From: Microcoleus vaginatus WJT46-NPBG5
Lineage (GTDB): Bacteria > Cyanobacteriota > Cyanobacteriia > Cyanobacteriales > Oscillatoriaceae
Direction: 5' to 3'
NCBI GenBank assembly: GCA_019359355.1
Contig: JAHHHM010000015.1
Coordinates: 109,147-173,146 of the forward strand
DNA length: 64,000 nucleotides
Part shown: piece after piece, positions 17,643 to 28,690 of the stretch
How positions within the stretch are numbered: the first letter of the stretch is position 1
Layout of the letters: the number at the start of each line of letters is the position of its first letter
Position numbers and translations under genes: made by a program
The notes under the pieces: generated by a model
Database searches by the model: none
Told to the model about the DNA's origin: nothing
What the model saw: the letters and a program-made list of their open reading frames with translations, nothing else

Positions 17643-18346
17643 TCGGATTTATCTACACTTTCCAATTTAGAATTTCACTCGGCTTAAATCGTATCTTTAA
17701 TTACAAACTATTGCTGTGCTTGGAATTGTTGAATTGCTTCAATCCGCTTTCAGCATATAAGTTTACTTTTTAGCAGCGATTAATTAATCCAATCAAGCGG
17801 TTGCCTATATTTAAATTATGCACCCTCCTGCGAAGTTTCACCATTCTCTACGTGATTTTACTGAATTAAAACTTAGTCAAAAATAATAACAGCTCAGCAC
17901 TTAAATGCTTTCAGATTTTTTAATTCAAAAATGTATCAAAAAGTACGGTTCTCTCGAAATATCCCATAAAGTCAGGATGGCGAGTAAACGATGCCGGCAA
18001 AGAAATAGAGGACACAACCAACCCGATTCGGATATCGCCTGAGCAGTTTCTTTACCCCACCTTGGCAAGTTTTGAGCCGTCTGACTGCGGTTGAAACCGG
18101 CAACTCGGCTCAATTTGAACTCGATGGATACTCACTTAAATTTATTTAATAGTATCCTAAAATCCTATAAAATTTTCTTTTGACCATAAGGAGTTGAGCG
18201 TTACCGGCCCTGTGATCGTAGATTTGCGGTTTTTTTGGCGTGAGCGTAAGCAGATACTAGGCTTGGGGCATCATTCAATGGAACGGGGAACCGACACTCT
18301 GCCAGCCTCAGTCGCCAAAAACATAACCATTAACACCGAAACTCCT

Positions 18347-18814
18347 ATGAATCGTCGTGAATTTTTAACGTGGGTTGGTGCCGGCGCATTAGCCACTTCC
18401 TTGCCGGTAGCGATTGCTGCGTGTTCTCCAGATGCAACAAAGCCATCCCTCCCACCAGCCAACAATTCCACAACCACACCACAATCGACGGCAGGCAGTG
18501 AGGGATTTCAATCCGTCGGCAGCGTAGCCGAATTAGATAAAGCCGGCCAAATCCTCAACAAACAACTCCCCGTTGGCCCAGTTTTGGTGATCCGTAACCC
18601 AGCGGATGCTAGCAGCTTATTAGCAGTCAATGCAACCTGCAGTCACAAAAGCTGTAGTTTGGTGTGGCAAGCCGGTGAAAAAGTCTTGGAATGTCCCTGT
18701 CATGATTCCGATTTCGCACCTGATGGCAAAGTCCTCAAAGGGCCGGCCAAACAACCGCTGAAAACCTATGAAGCTAAAATAGAGGGCGATTCTGTTTTAG
18801 TCAAGGTGAGCTAA
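18347..18814 (+). CDS. Tat-exported Rieske [2Fe-2S] domain lipoprotein
   Basis: Twin-arginine signal with a lipobox (MNRREFLTWVGAGALATSLPVAIAAC) and a Rieske motif (CSH-X15-CPCH). The longest ORF begins at 18194, but the Tat signal argues for a start at 18347. Confidence 0.7.
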   Translation: MNRREFLTWVGAGALATSLPVAIAACSPDATKPSLPPANNSTTTPQSTAGSEGFQSVGSVAELDKAGQILNKQLPVGPVLVIRNPADASSLLAVNATCSHKSCSLVWQAGEKVLECPCHDSDFAPDGKVLKGPAKQPLKTYEAKIEGDSVLVKVS

Positions 18815-19135
18815 CGAAAGCAGCATCCCATCGATCCCTGGGGGGATGTTGCTGTTGACAAAGAACTGCGAAGCTTGAGATTTAAAGGCTCTGAAATTAA
18901 ACTTATTTAAAATAGAAATAAAATTTGTCTGCCTGATAACGCTGCTGGAAATATGAGTATTTTGCATAAAAATTATGAGTGTTTGGCATCAACATCGGCT
19001 CAACCGGATAAATTTAGAGTAACGTGGTTAATTTAAAGGCCGGCAAAATTTTGCAGACATCCCACTCCAGAAAGTCAGCAGCCTAATTTCTGGCAAGCAT
19101 TTTTGTAAAACACCTGGGAACGTTGAACTTTAACG

Positions 19136-20461
19136 ATGTCAAATGTTTTGATTTTAGAGCAAGCGCGTTTAGCGGAGCAGCAAGCAAACTGGTCATTACT
19201 GACCCAGCATTTGCAGCAACTGCTCATGGGGGAAAATCAGAAAAGTGGCCTAGAAAAATCGCAGCCGGCGGAACCAGAAAATTTCAATATTCTGCTGCTT
19301 TGGGCGTTAGAGATTTTGGAAGCTGGGGATTTTCAAGAGCGCTGGGATGTTGCGAAAATTTTCCCAAGTTTAGGGACTGAAGCAATTGAGCCGCTGATTG
19401 AAATTCTCGAAGATGAAGATGCCGATTTGGAACTGCGCTGGTTCGCGGGTCGGATTCTGGGAGAATTTAATCAGCCGGCAGTGATTGACGCCCTGGTAGC
19501 CTTGCTAAAAACCTCTGAAAGTGAAGAGTTAAACGCAATGGCAGCCGGGGCTTTGGCCAACTTAGGGGAGTCGGCAATCGATGCTTTAATTAGCCTTTTA
19601 GCAGAGGAAGAGTCCAGGCTGTTTGCAGTGAAAGCGCTAGCCCAAATTCGTAACGCTCAAACGATTGCGCCCCTGCTGAGTATCGTCAAGGATCGGCAAG
19701 CGCTGGTCAGGGCTGCTGCCATTGAAGCACTGATTGCTTTCCATGATCCGCGCATTGTGCCGGTGCTGGTGGACGCTTTGAACGATTTAGCGGCACCCGT
19801 GAGGCGAGAAGCGGTCATTGGTTTGGGTTTGCGTCCCGATTTGCAAAATGAACTGGATTTGGTCAAGCTGCTGACAGCGCGGTTGTGGGATTTCAATTTT
19901 GAGGTTTGCCAGCAGGCGGCGATTTCACTAGGCCGGCTCAAAACTGCACCGGCATCTGCAGCGCTGTTTGAGGTGCTGCGCTCGTCCGCAACCCCTGTCC
20001 CTTTGCAAATCGAGGCGATCCGGGCTTTAGGGTGGATGGGAACCGCTGAGGCGCTGGAGTATTTGCAACAGGCGCTTGCCGGCCAAACGCAGTGTGCAGT
20101 GGGTCAAGAAATCGTGGCCCTTTTGGGACGCATGGAGCTGCCGGCGCTGACTGTGCGTGCTGCTGAAATTCTGATGGATCTGTTGCACTCTTCCCATCCC
20201 CTAGTTCAGCATCCCAGCATCAGAAAAGCGATTGCATTGGGGTTGGGGCAATTGGGACACCGGCAGGCTTTAGATTCGCTGATTTATCTGCTGGCAGACT
20301 TAGATGTGGGGGTGCGGCTTCATGCCCTTGCGGCGCTGAAGCAGCTGGCCCCTCAAAATGCCCGTGAGCAATTAGAGCTTCTGGCGACTAATGAGCAACT
20401 GACGCCGGCATTAAAAGCAGGGGTTGTTCTGGCGCTGAAGGAGTGGCCGGTGATGGAATAA
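19136..20461 (+). CDS. HEAT-repeat (PBS lyase-like) protein
   Basis: Repeated LxxAL/Ax..LG units (LVDALNDLAAPVRREAVIGLG and similar) along its 441 aa. Confidence 0.7.
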   Translation: MSNVLILEQARLAEQQANWSLLTQHLQQLLMGENQKSGLEKSQPAEPENFNILLLWALEILEAGDFQERWDVAKIFPSLGTEAIEPLIEILEDEDADLELRWFAGRILGEFNQPAVIDALVALLKTSESEELNAMAAGALANLGESAIDALISLLAEEESRLFAVKALAQIRNAQTIAPLLSIVKDRQALVRAAAIEALIAFHDPRIVPVLVDALNDLAAPVRREAVIGLGLRPDLQNELDLVKLLTARLWDFNFEVCQQAAISLGRLKTAPASAALFEVLRSSATPVPLQIEAIRALGWMGTAEALEYLQQALAGQTQCAVGQEIVALLGRMELPALTVRAAEILMDLLHSSHPLVQHPSIRKAIALGLGQLGHRQALDSLIYLLADLDVGVRLHALAALKQLAPQNAREQLELLATNEQLTPALKAGVVLALKEWPVME

Positions 20462-20599
20462 GGCTTGGGTGTGACGTGAGCCGGCAGGCTGGAGCCGGCT
20501 TAATTTCCTAATAATGCTTTATTTGTCTTAAAAATCTTAACTCATGCCAAGTGATTTGCGCTCAAGCGCCAACTTTTGTAAGTTCCATTTTATTATTTT

Positions 20600-22399
20600 T
20601 TAATTGTAAACTTTCAAACGTTTTCCTGATAATAAAAGTTTTTCAAATTCTTCTTTTGGCAGGGGCCGGCTAAATAAATAGCCCTGCATTTCATCACACT
20701 GATTTTGTTTCAAGAACGCGAGTTCAGCTTCAGTTTCTACGCCTTCTGCAATGACTTTCAGATTCAAGCTGTGAGCCATTTGAATCATCGCTGTGGTAAT
20801 TGCTGCGTTTTTAGAATCACTGGCAATGTTGCAGACAAAACAGCGATCAATTTTTAAAGTATCAAAAGGAAATTGCTTCAAGTAATTTAAAGAAGAGTAG
20901 CCAGTGCCGAAATCATCGATAGAAATTTGAATTCCCAAAGCTTTGAGTTGTTTTAAAGTGGTAATATTTTCTTCAACTCTTTGCACAATGATCCGTTCGG
21001 TTAATTCTAAATCCAAATAGCACGGATCGATGCCGGTTTTGGTTAAGATCCGAACAACATTTTCACACAAATTGGAATGATGAAACTGCCGGCCTGACAA
21101 ATTCACCGAAACGCGTAAAGGCGGCAAACTCCGAGATTGCCATTCGGCAAGCTGAGTACAAACACTCTCTAAAACCCACTGGTCAATTTGCACAATCAAG
21201 CCGGATTGTTCTGCTAGGGGAATAAATTCTGCCGGCGACACAAACCCCCACTCCGGATGATCCCAGCGTAAAAGTGCTTCCGCACCAGAGATCAGTCCTG
21301 TCTTGAAATCTACTTGAGGTTGGTAGTAAACCTGAAATTCTGAGCGTTCCAAGGCATAATGCAAACTCGCTTCTAGGGCTAGCGTTTTCGAGAAATAGTC
21401 ATTAATCTGGGGCGTGTAAAACTGAAAGTGATTTCCCCCTTGTTCCTGTGCATGAGAGAGCGCAGCATCTGCGTGCTGCAGCAGCATAGTGAGATCACGC
21501 CCATTGTCTGGATAAACGGAGATACCAATGCAAGCTGTAATAAATATCTCATGACCGTTCAACACGAAACATTGAGAAAGCGCATTTAAAATCAACTGGG
21601 CACTCTCTGCCGCCGCCCTATTTTCCTCGCCAGGAGACAAGACAATCACAAATTGATCCCCGTTCAAACGCGCGATCGTACTACCATCCCCAACGCATTG
21701 AATCAGCCGGTTGGCGACTGCTTTCAGGAGTTGATCGCCGACTGCGTGTCCTAAGGTTTCATTAATGCGATTGAACCGATCTAAATCCAAAGATAAAATC
21801 GGCACCTGCTGTTGATACTGATCGGCTTGAAGCAGCAATTGTTGCAGCCGCTGTTGTAATAATTGCTGATTAGGAAGATTCGTTAAGCTGTCATAATGAA
21901 TCAGATAATTCAGTCTTTCTTCTAACTGCTGAACTGAGGCCATTAAGCGCATTTGCTGCGTCTTATATTGTTGCTGCACTGCAACTTGTTTTTCCAGACG
22001 GGTTGCAACCACCCCCAACAGTTCACTGCGCCGAAAAGGCTTAGTGAGATAATCGTCTGCCCCTAAATTCATCCCTTGACGCAGATCCGTTTTATCCGCC
22101 CTTGCCGTGAGAAAAATGAAGGGAATGGTTGCTGTAGCGGAGTCTGTTTTGAGTTCATTGAGAACACCGTATCCATCGAGTTCTGGCATCATGATGTCGC
22201 ACAGAATTAAATCAGGGAGGTGTTCTTTGGCCAATCGCACGCCGATCTTACCGTTCTCTGCACCGAGGGCATTAAACTCTCCGCCGGCCTCAAGAATTTC
22301 TAGAATGTTAGCGCGGACGAGAGCCTCGTCTTCAATAACCAGAATTTTTCGCATCAGATCTTTAGCGTGCAAAGACTGCGGGAGGTTTGAAAACAGCAT
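20600..22399 (-). CDS. Response regulator with REC, GGDEF and EAL domains (c-di-GMP turnover)
   Basis: The REC domain (ILVIEDE...DLILCDIMMPELDG) is paralogous to the REC of the 22835 gene. GGDEF region (NGDQFVIVL) and EAL region (EALLRW...) are present. Confidence 0.9.
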   Translation of the reverse strand: MLFSNLPQSLHAKDLMRKILVIEDEALVRANILEILEAGGEFNALGAENGKIGVRLAKEHLPDLILCDIMMPELDGYGVLNELKTDSATATIPFIFLTARADKTDLRQGMNLGADDYLTKPFRRSELLGVVATRLEKQVAVQQQYKTQQMRLMASVQQLEERLNYLIHYDSLTNLPNQQLLQQRLQQLLLQADQYQQQVPILSLDLDRFNRINETLGHAVGDQLLKAVANRLIQCVGDGSTIARLNGDQFVIVLSPGEENRAAAESAQLILNALSQCFVLNGHEIFITACIGISVYPDNGRDLTMLLQHADAALSHAQEQGGNHFQFYTPQINDYFSKTLALEASLHYALERSEFQVYYQPQVDFKTGLISGAEALLRWDHPEWGFVSPAEFIPLAEQSGLIVQIDQWVLESVCTQLAEWQSRSLPPLRVSVNLSGRQFHHSNLCENVVRILTKTGIDPCYLDLELTERIIVQRVEENITTLKQLKALGIQISIDDFGTGYSSLNYLKQFPFDTLKIDRCFVCNIASDSKNAAITTAMIQMAHSLNLKVIAEGVETEAELAFLKQNQCDEMQGYLFSRPLPKEEFEKLLLSGKRLKVYN

Positions 22400-22552
22400 A
22401 AAGACTTATCCGCCATATTGATAGATGCAACCTAACAGGTGTTGATATTTTCACCAAATGCCTTAAACACTTGACGATTGGTTGTTAGACAACCAAGATT
22501 AATTTTTTAACAATTTTATACATAATTTGTCATCGTCATATTTTAAATCTCC

Positions 22553-22831
22553 TTAAAGTTTTTCAACAAAAAGTTTATCCGTTATTAAATAAACAAGCTG
22601 TTGAGTTGAGCGACAGAAAGTTAGCCGCTGCTTAAAATACTGAACCCATTGGGGCGCGTAGCTTTCAGCTATCGAAATTCCACCCAACTGGCAACATCCA
22701 AAATTGAGAGAAAAGCTGTCAAGACAATCGTTCTGGATATAGCTTAAGCCAACTGCGGGAAAACAAACATCCCCCTCCCTGAAGTAAAAATCCCACCCGC
22801 CCTCAAACTTTTGCACTTCAACCCGATTCAT
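22553..22831 (-). CDS. Hypothetical 92-aa protein immediately downstream of the response regulator, possibly co-transcribed
   Basis: ORF only. There is a 3-bp gap to the upstream gene on the same strand. Confidence 0.3.
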   Translation of the reverse strand: MNRVEVQKFEGGWDFYFREGDVCFPAVGLSYIQNDCLDSFSLNFGCCQLGGISIAESYAPQWVQYFKQRLTFCRSTQQLVYLITDKLFVEKL

Positions 22832-22834
22832 ACT

Positions 22835-23545
22835 TTAGTCCCTGGTTTTTTGATTGAGCAGGTTGAATTGACGCAGAAGGCGGATATTATCTGGCGTCAG
22901 CAGACTTTGTAGCTCAGAAACCTGATTCAGTAAAGCAATTTCGCGCTCAAATTCTTCTTGCAAAATTTCTAAATAGCGCTCTTTCTGGCCTCCGGGTGGG
23001 GGATTTTTCAGCAGCCGAATTGCCATGTTGATGTTGGAGAGGGGATCGGACAGCTCAGAAATCAGCTTCTTCAACAGTTCCTCTTGGGTGTCGCTCATGT
23101 GCTGAAGTTCTTGCATTTTTTGGTTAAGTGCTTCAGCGCGTTGTCGCTCAGCCGTATATTGCTGCATCAACGCTGCGTGTTTGGCAAGCCGCGAAGCAAT
23201 GGCTTCGAGCAACTCTTTGCGCCGGAAAGGTTTGGTGAGATAGTCGTCTGCGCCTAAGTTCATCCCCTGGCGCAGTTCTGTTTTATCCGCCTTAGCGGTG
23301 AGAAAAATAAAAGGAATCGCTGCCGTAGCCGGCTCGGATCTCAGTTGTGTCAGCACCCCGTAACCGTCCAAGAGCGGCATCATGATGTCGCACAGAATCA
23401 AATCTGGGGTGTTTTCCTTGGCCAACTGCACGCCATGCTCACCATTATCCGCACCGATCGAGTTAAATCCTCCCGATGTGAGAATCTCTAGGATATTGGT
23501 TAAAACAGGTTTCTCGTCCTCAATCACTAGAATCTTCTTCATCAA
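22835..23545 (-). CDS. Response regulator, REC domain plus a C-terminal coiled coil, with no DNA-binding output
   Basis: REC motifs are present. The start overlaps the stop of the upstream histidine kinase by 26 bp. Confidence 0.85.
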   Translation of the reverse strand: MMKKILVIEDEKPVLTNILEILTSGGFNSIGADNGEHGVQLAKENTPDLILCDIMMPLLDGYGVLTQLRSEPATAAIPFIFLTAKADKTELRQGMNLGADDYLTKPFRRKELLEAIASRLAKHAALMQQYTAERQRAEALNQKMQELQHMSDTQEELLKKLISELSDPLSNINMAIRLLKNPPPGGQKERYLEILQEEFEREIALLNQVSELQSLLTPDNIRLLRQFNLLNQKTRD

Positions 23546-26500
23546 AGTTGCTCCGGTTGGTTAATGGCAGCGAGACTGTAAAGGTAGTTCCCATACCAAC
23601 TTCACTTTTAACTGTAATATAGCCGCTGTGCATATCTACTGCTCTTTTTACGATAGCTAACCCTAGGCCGGTTCCTGGGATATCTCCAACATTTTTAGCG
23701 CGGTGGAACGCCTCAAAGAGTCGCTGTTGGTCTTCTGGGGGAATCCCAATCCCGTTGTCTTGGATTTGGAAGATTGCTTGTGCCGGCTGACAAGCGAGTT
23801 TAAATGTGATTTGCCCTTTTTTGGGAGAATATTTCAGCGCGTTTGACAGCAGATTGCTGAGGATTTGCCGCAGCAGTTTTTCATCAGCCATAACTTCAGT
23901 AAATTTACGGTAGACAGGTTCTATATCATCTGAAAATTTTGATCTAACTTGAATAAATTTAATGATGTGGAACTTGCCGGCGCTGATTTGAAACTCTTCA
24001 ATTAAATCGCAGCAGAAGGTAGGAAGATCGACCCAAGTAGGGTGGAAAGGCAACTTACCGGCCTCGTTCCTGCCAATCACTAGCACATCATTTAATAACT
24101 GAGTCATATTAACCGCTGCCGTTTGAATTCGTACCAGATGTTCGAGTTTTTTCTCGGTTTTCTCAAGGGGCCATTCTTGACAATAATATTCCAGTAAATC
24201 TGCTGAAGACAAGATAGTAGACAAGGGTGTGCGAAATTCATGAGAAACCATTGTCACAAACCGAGAGCGCAATTCACTAAGTTCTTTCTCTTTTGCCAAC
24301 GCCTTATGAAGTTCTTCTTCTGCTTGTTTGCGACCTGTAATATCCTTCGCGACACGGCACAGCCGGTAAACCTCACCGGCGGCATTGCGAACCGGAAAGC
24401 TGCGATCCCAAATCCAGCGGATAGATCCGTCAGGTCGAATAATGCGATACTCCTGATTTAAGACGATCTCGCTCGATTGAGAGGACTGAAGTTTAGCCAT
24501 AGAACCGGCAAGCGCGGGCATTAACTGCTCCCGATCTTCTAAATGTACGGCATCTAGCCAGGAGCGGGGTGAGGCGTAAACCTGCTCACAAGACCGGCCC
24601 CAAATTTGTTCATACATGGGACTAACATAGAGCATCTGGCTGAAGTCTGGGGTAACGATCCAAAAGACTTCATCAACATTTTCTGCTAACTGACGGAAAA
24701 ATACTTCGGATTCGCGCAGCGCCGCCTCTACCTGCTTGCGCTCGGTGATGTCTTGGATCTGGGAGACATAATAAAGCGGCTGACCCTCACTATCATACAT
24801 CAGGGACTTTGTCAGTTGCGCCCAAACTGTGTGGCCATCCTTATGGATGTAGCGTTTTTCGACTTGCTGGCAGTAGACTTGGCCGGTCTCAAAGTTGCGG
24901 TGAATCTCCACGCAGAGCGGCACGTCTGCGGGATGGGTCAGCGCGTGGGAAGTTGTTGCCGTTAATTCTAATTCTGAATAACCCAGTATCTGGCACAACG
25001 CGCGGTTAACCTGCAAGTAACCCCCATCGAGTCCCACGAGTGCCATGCCGGTGGCTACATCCTCAAAGGCCCGTCTGAAGCGTTCCTCACTTTCCCGTAG
25101 CGCCGCCTCGGTTTGCTTGCGTTCTGTAATGTCGTTGAGGGTGCCGGTGATGCCGGTGAGTTCGCCAGAATCGTCGGTGCTCAGACGGGCAAACACTTCT
25201 AGCCAGCGGTAGTCACCAGAGGTTTTATTATGTTTCGTGAGGTAGCGAATTTCTTGCCGGCAGTAATCTTTTTCGTTGTTAATTAGCCGTTGAAATAGCT
25301 CGATTTGGCATTGCTGATCGTCAGGATGGACGAAATCCAGAAAAAACTTTCCTAAGCTTTCCTCAACACTAAAGCCGGTGATTTCATACCAAGCCGGATT
25401 GAGAAATGTCCATGATCCCTGTGTGTCTGTTTGGAAAATAACTTCCTTGAGGCTATTAACAACTGAGCGATACTTTTGCTGGCTTTTTTGCGCTTCTGCC
25501 TCTGCCTGAGTCCGCTGTCCAATTTCTTGATGCAATTGTTCGATCACCACACGCAATTCTGTGGTCTGCACCTCAACTTTAATGCCTAAAATTTCATTGG
25601 TTTTTTGCAACGCTTCTTCTGCTTGCTTACGTTCGGTGATGTCGCGCACGACTTTCGCAAAACCCCGCAACTGCCCCGCTTCATCTCGCAAAGCACTGAT
25701 CGTCGCACTCGCCCAAAATCGCGACCCATTTTTGCAAATTCTCCAGCCTTCGCCTTCAAACCGGCCTGTGGCGGCGCAAGTTTCTAGCTGCAAATTCGGT
25801 TTCCCTAACTGCCGGTCTGCAAGTTCGTAAAAGCAAGAAAAATGCTTGCCGACAATTTCCTGAGCATGATATCCTTTGATTCGCTCTGCGCCGGTATTCC
25901 AACTGCTCACATATCCTTGGGCGTCGAGCAGATAAATTGCATAATCTTTCACGCCCTCCACCAATAGACGAAATCGCTCTTCACTCGCCTGCAGCGCTTT
26001 CTCCATCTGTTTGCGTTCGGTTATATCCTCATAAGTGCCTAAAATGCCAATTACCTGCCCTGATGCGTCATGGAGGGGCACTTTATTCGTGTCTATCCAA
26101 GCTTGTTTGCCATCGGCTTCGAGTTGGGTTTCAATGATGTGATACTGCGGGGTATCTGTCTCCATCACTTGCCGGTCCCACTCGCGAAAAAAGTCGGCTT
26201 CTTCTTTTCTCCAAGCCAAGTCGTAATCTGTTTTACCGGCAATGTTTTCTACAGAATCTAGCCCAGCATCTTTGGCAAACAGCCGGTTGCCGCCCAAGTA
26301 AACAGAATTTCTATCTTTCCAGAAAATCGCTTGCGGAATATTATCAAGGACCAAGTGCAACATCTGCCGAGACGAACGCAGATCAAGTTCAGTTTGCTTG
26401 CGTTCGGTAATGTCTTCAGAGATTCCCAACAGCAGATGGGGGCAGCCATCGGCTGTGTGGGCAAAAACGGTATCGCGGCTATAAAACCAGCGCCACTCTC

Positions 26501-27569
26501 CATTGGCGTGTCGCATCCGATACTCGCCTTCTACAATTTCCCCTTCTTTGGCTTTGGCCAAGTTTTCAAAGTTAATCTGTACTTTTGCGAAATCTTCAGG
26601 GTGCATGACTTCGGAAAGAAATGTTGCGCCCATTGCTTGGATCTGTGCCGGTGTGTAGCCCAGTGTTGCAAACATCGCGCGGTTTAAATAGATGTTTTGC
26701 TCCTTGATGAGATCATAGAGATAGACAATACTGGGCGTAGCTTCGGCAATGCGTTCGAGAAGATGTTGTTTCTCCCGCAGCGCGGCTTCGGCTTGCACTT
26801 GTGCGGTCATATCTTCTCCGACTGCCTGGAATTCAACCGGCAGCCCTTCCGAGTTAAAAATACCGCGAATTGTCCACCGTTGACAGCAAGTGTTTCCGTT
26901 TAACTCACTTGCAAAAAAATCTAGGGTTTTATTGGGGTTTTCTAAAGTTATAAATACGAGGTTTTGTTGAATATTTGCTTGTTCTTTTTCTGGAAAAAGA
27001 GAGAAAAAGTTCTCGCCTAGCAGTTGTTCTGGTGTTTTGCCAAAATACTCGCAACAGGCGTGGTTAACGAAGGTGAGGGTGCCGCCGATCAAAAACCGAC
27101 AGATGCTGGCGCTTTGAGTGTCAAGAATAGCGCGGTAGTATTGTACCGTTGAGTTTTCAGGAGCTTTGACTGGTTCTGCTTGCTTGAGGGCTGTAATATC
27201 GCGTTCATAAATGATTAAAGCGTTTAGCTCTACGCCATCCCAGACTGGATCAATGCGATTTTCAAAATAAAGATTGCTGCTTTTGTCTTCAAATTGTAGC
27301 GGTAAAAGGGTGCAAATGGCTTGGTTAAATTTTGTTCTTCTTGTGCCGGCAATGTCGCTTGGCAACAGATCGTAAAGGGCTAATCCAATGAGTTCCCTGG
27401 GTTTTTTTCCGAGTCTTTGAGCTGCTGTTTCATTCAATGCTCTGATCGTGCCGGTGGGATCAACTATGATAGCTGAGCCGGTGGCTGCCTCTAGAAGTGC
27501 TTGGGTTAGGGTTTTTTCTTGGATAAGTTTTGTTTCTGTCGCCCCGCTTTCTGTCGTTTTTTTCTGCAT
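23520..27569 (-). CDS. Multi-PAS/PAC sensor histidine kinase, 1349 aa
   Basis: About 8 PAS/PAC repeats (recurring ...ITERKQ... linkers), HisKA H-box SHEFRTPL and an HATPase_c G-box (GTGLGLAIVK). Confidence 0.9.
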   Translation of the reverse strand: MQKKTTESGATETKLIQEKTLTQALLEAATGSAIIVDPTGTIRALNETAAQRLGKKPRELIGLALYDLLPSDIAGTRRTKFNQAICTLLPLQFEDKSSNLYFENRIDPVWDGVELNALIIYERDITALKQAEPVKAPENSTVQYYRAILDTQSASICRFLIGGTLTFVNHACCEYFGKTPEQLLGENFFSLFPEKEQANIQQNLVFITLENPNKTLDFFASELNGNTCCQRWTIRGIFNSEGLPVEFQAVGEDMTAQVQAEAALREKQHLLERIAEATPSIVYLYDLIKEQNIYLNRAMFATLGYTPAQIQAMGATFLSEVMHPEDFAKVQINFENLAKAKEGEIVEGEYRMRHANGEWRWFYSRDTVFAHTADGCPHLLLGISEDITERKQTELDLRSSRQMLHLVLDNIPQAIFWKDRNSVYLGGNRLFAKDAGLDSVENIAGKTDYDLAWRKEEADFFREWDRQVMETDTPQYHIIETQLEADGKQAWIDTNKVPLHDASGQVIGILGTYEDITERKQMEKALQASEERFRLLVEGVKDYAIYLLDAQGYVSSWNTGAERIKGYHAQEIVGKHFSCFYELADRQLGKPNLQLETCAATGRFEGEGWRICKNGSRFWASATISALRDEAGQLRGFAKVVRDITERKQAEEALQKTNEILGIKVEVQTTELRVVIEQLHQEIGQRTQAEAEAQKSQQKYRSVVNSLKEVIFQTDTQGSWTFLNPAWYEITGFSVEESLGKFFLDFVHPDDQQCQIELFQRLINNEKDYCRQEIRYLTKHNKTSGDYRWLEVFARLSTDDSGELTGITGTLNDITERKQTEAALRESEERFRRAFEDVATGMALVGLDGGYLQVNRALCQILGYSELELTATTSHALTHPADVPLCVEIHRNFETGQVYCQQVEKRYIHKDGHTVWAQLTKSLMYDSEGQPLYYVSQIQDITERKQVEAALRESEVFFRQLAENVDEVFWIVTPDFSQMLYVSPMYEQIWGRSCEQVYASPRSWLDAVHLEDREQLMPALAGSMAKLQSSQSSEIVLNQEYRIIRPDGSIRWIWDRSFPVRNAAGEVYRLCRVAKDITGRKQAEEELHKALAKEKELSELRSRFVTMVSHEFRTPLSTILSSADLLEYYCQEWPLEKTEKKLEHLVRIQTAAVNMTQLLNDVLVIGRNEAGKLPFHPTWVDLPTFCCDLIEEFQISAGKFHIIKFIQVRSKFSDDIEPVYRKFTEVMADEKLLRQILSNLLSNALKYSPKKGQITFKLACQPAQAIFQIQDNGIGIPPEDQQRLFEAFHRAKNVGDIPGTGLGLAIVKRAVDMHSGYITVKSEVGMGTTFTVSLPLTNRSNFDEEDSSD

Positions 27570-28690
27570 CTAATCCTCTCTCTAAGTGAAATATTAATCA
27601 CTGGCTTAGAATTTTATTTAAATATTATTTGAGCTATTATCTTGAGAAAAATTGCACATTTTATCTTCGTAGGATAAATTTAATTTATAATATTTTTTAT
27701 TGTAATCACAGATGCACAGAGATAAATAAGCAGAATTTGTATTTTTTGCTATAGATTTAATCATAACAAGAATATTTAAGTTAAACGGTCAGTTATGAAT
27801 TATAGTGAATTAAAAATTGCTATATATTATTTCCAATTTTTGTCGCAAATTTATAGCTAGGCGAATATTTGCGTTTTTCTTGATCTCTCCCTTTTGTCAA
27901 TTATCACACTTCGTTTTTCACTTTTGAACTATAAAAAAGCCTTGGCGTCAATTTGATGCCGGTTTTGGCTATGCCGGCAGATTCGGATGCAAGGGTTAAG
28001 TATGAGCATTGAAATAAGGAAATGTAATAACCAACACTTTTTTTCGTAATGTAGGCCGGCTTATGCGAAATTCTAAGCTACCCTTTAAATTTTAGACTAA
28101 TTGACTGTTAATTGGTGGCTAGGATTTCTTCACCACAACTTCTACAAGCTCTCTATTCTTCAAAAAATAGCCAAACAATCTTAAGACAGTGATAAAACTG
28201 TGCAAAAATTATTGGGTGGTGCTGCTATGTCAAGTTTGCTAGGAAATCCTATTTGAATTATAAAAATTTGGAGTGCCGGCATCTTGAAAGCGACCCAACG
28301 CGTTCGCCTAGCGACCACACTTCTGAATGATTGAGGATTGCTGTAGATAAAATGCTTGAGATAAGGTCAAGGATTTTTTCAAAGCTCCATCAGATTTTTA
28401 TTTTAATAAAAAAGACTTGATTATAGCGTAGTTTTATTAAGCAAAAATTTTATAAAAATTCAAATAAATTGCGCTAATTTAATTTGTTAAAAATCAAAAT
28501 TTAACTTTTAAATAAGAGGGTACACCTAAACATCATTATTAAAATGAGATTTAGTAGTTACACCGGCAACAGTTTAGTGACGGCTGCGGCATTTTCTAAT
28601 TTGGGCTGCAAAACAGACTGGGAGGCAAAAGAAACGAGTTAAGTTGTCGTGCCTTTCCTTTGCCTTGTCAACCTTAATTTTTGCCGGCTG

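Noticed and set aside
18194-18346. N-terminal 51 codons of the longest Rieske ORF
   Set aside because: The Tat signal begins exactly at the internal Met at 18347, so the upstream extension is probably 5' UTR.
19123-19380. 85-aa ORF overlapping the start of the HEAT-repeat gene
   Set aside because: It is out of frame with and overlaps a well-supported gene. It has no motifs.
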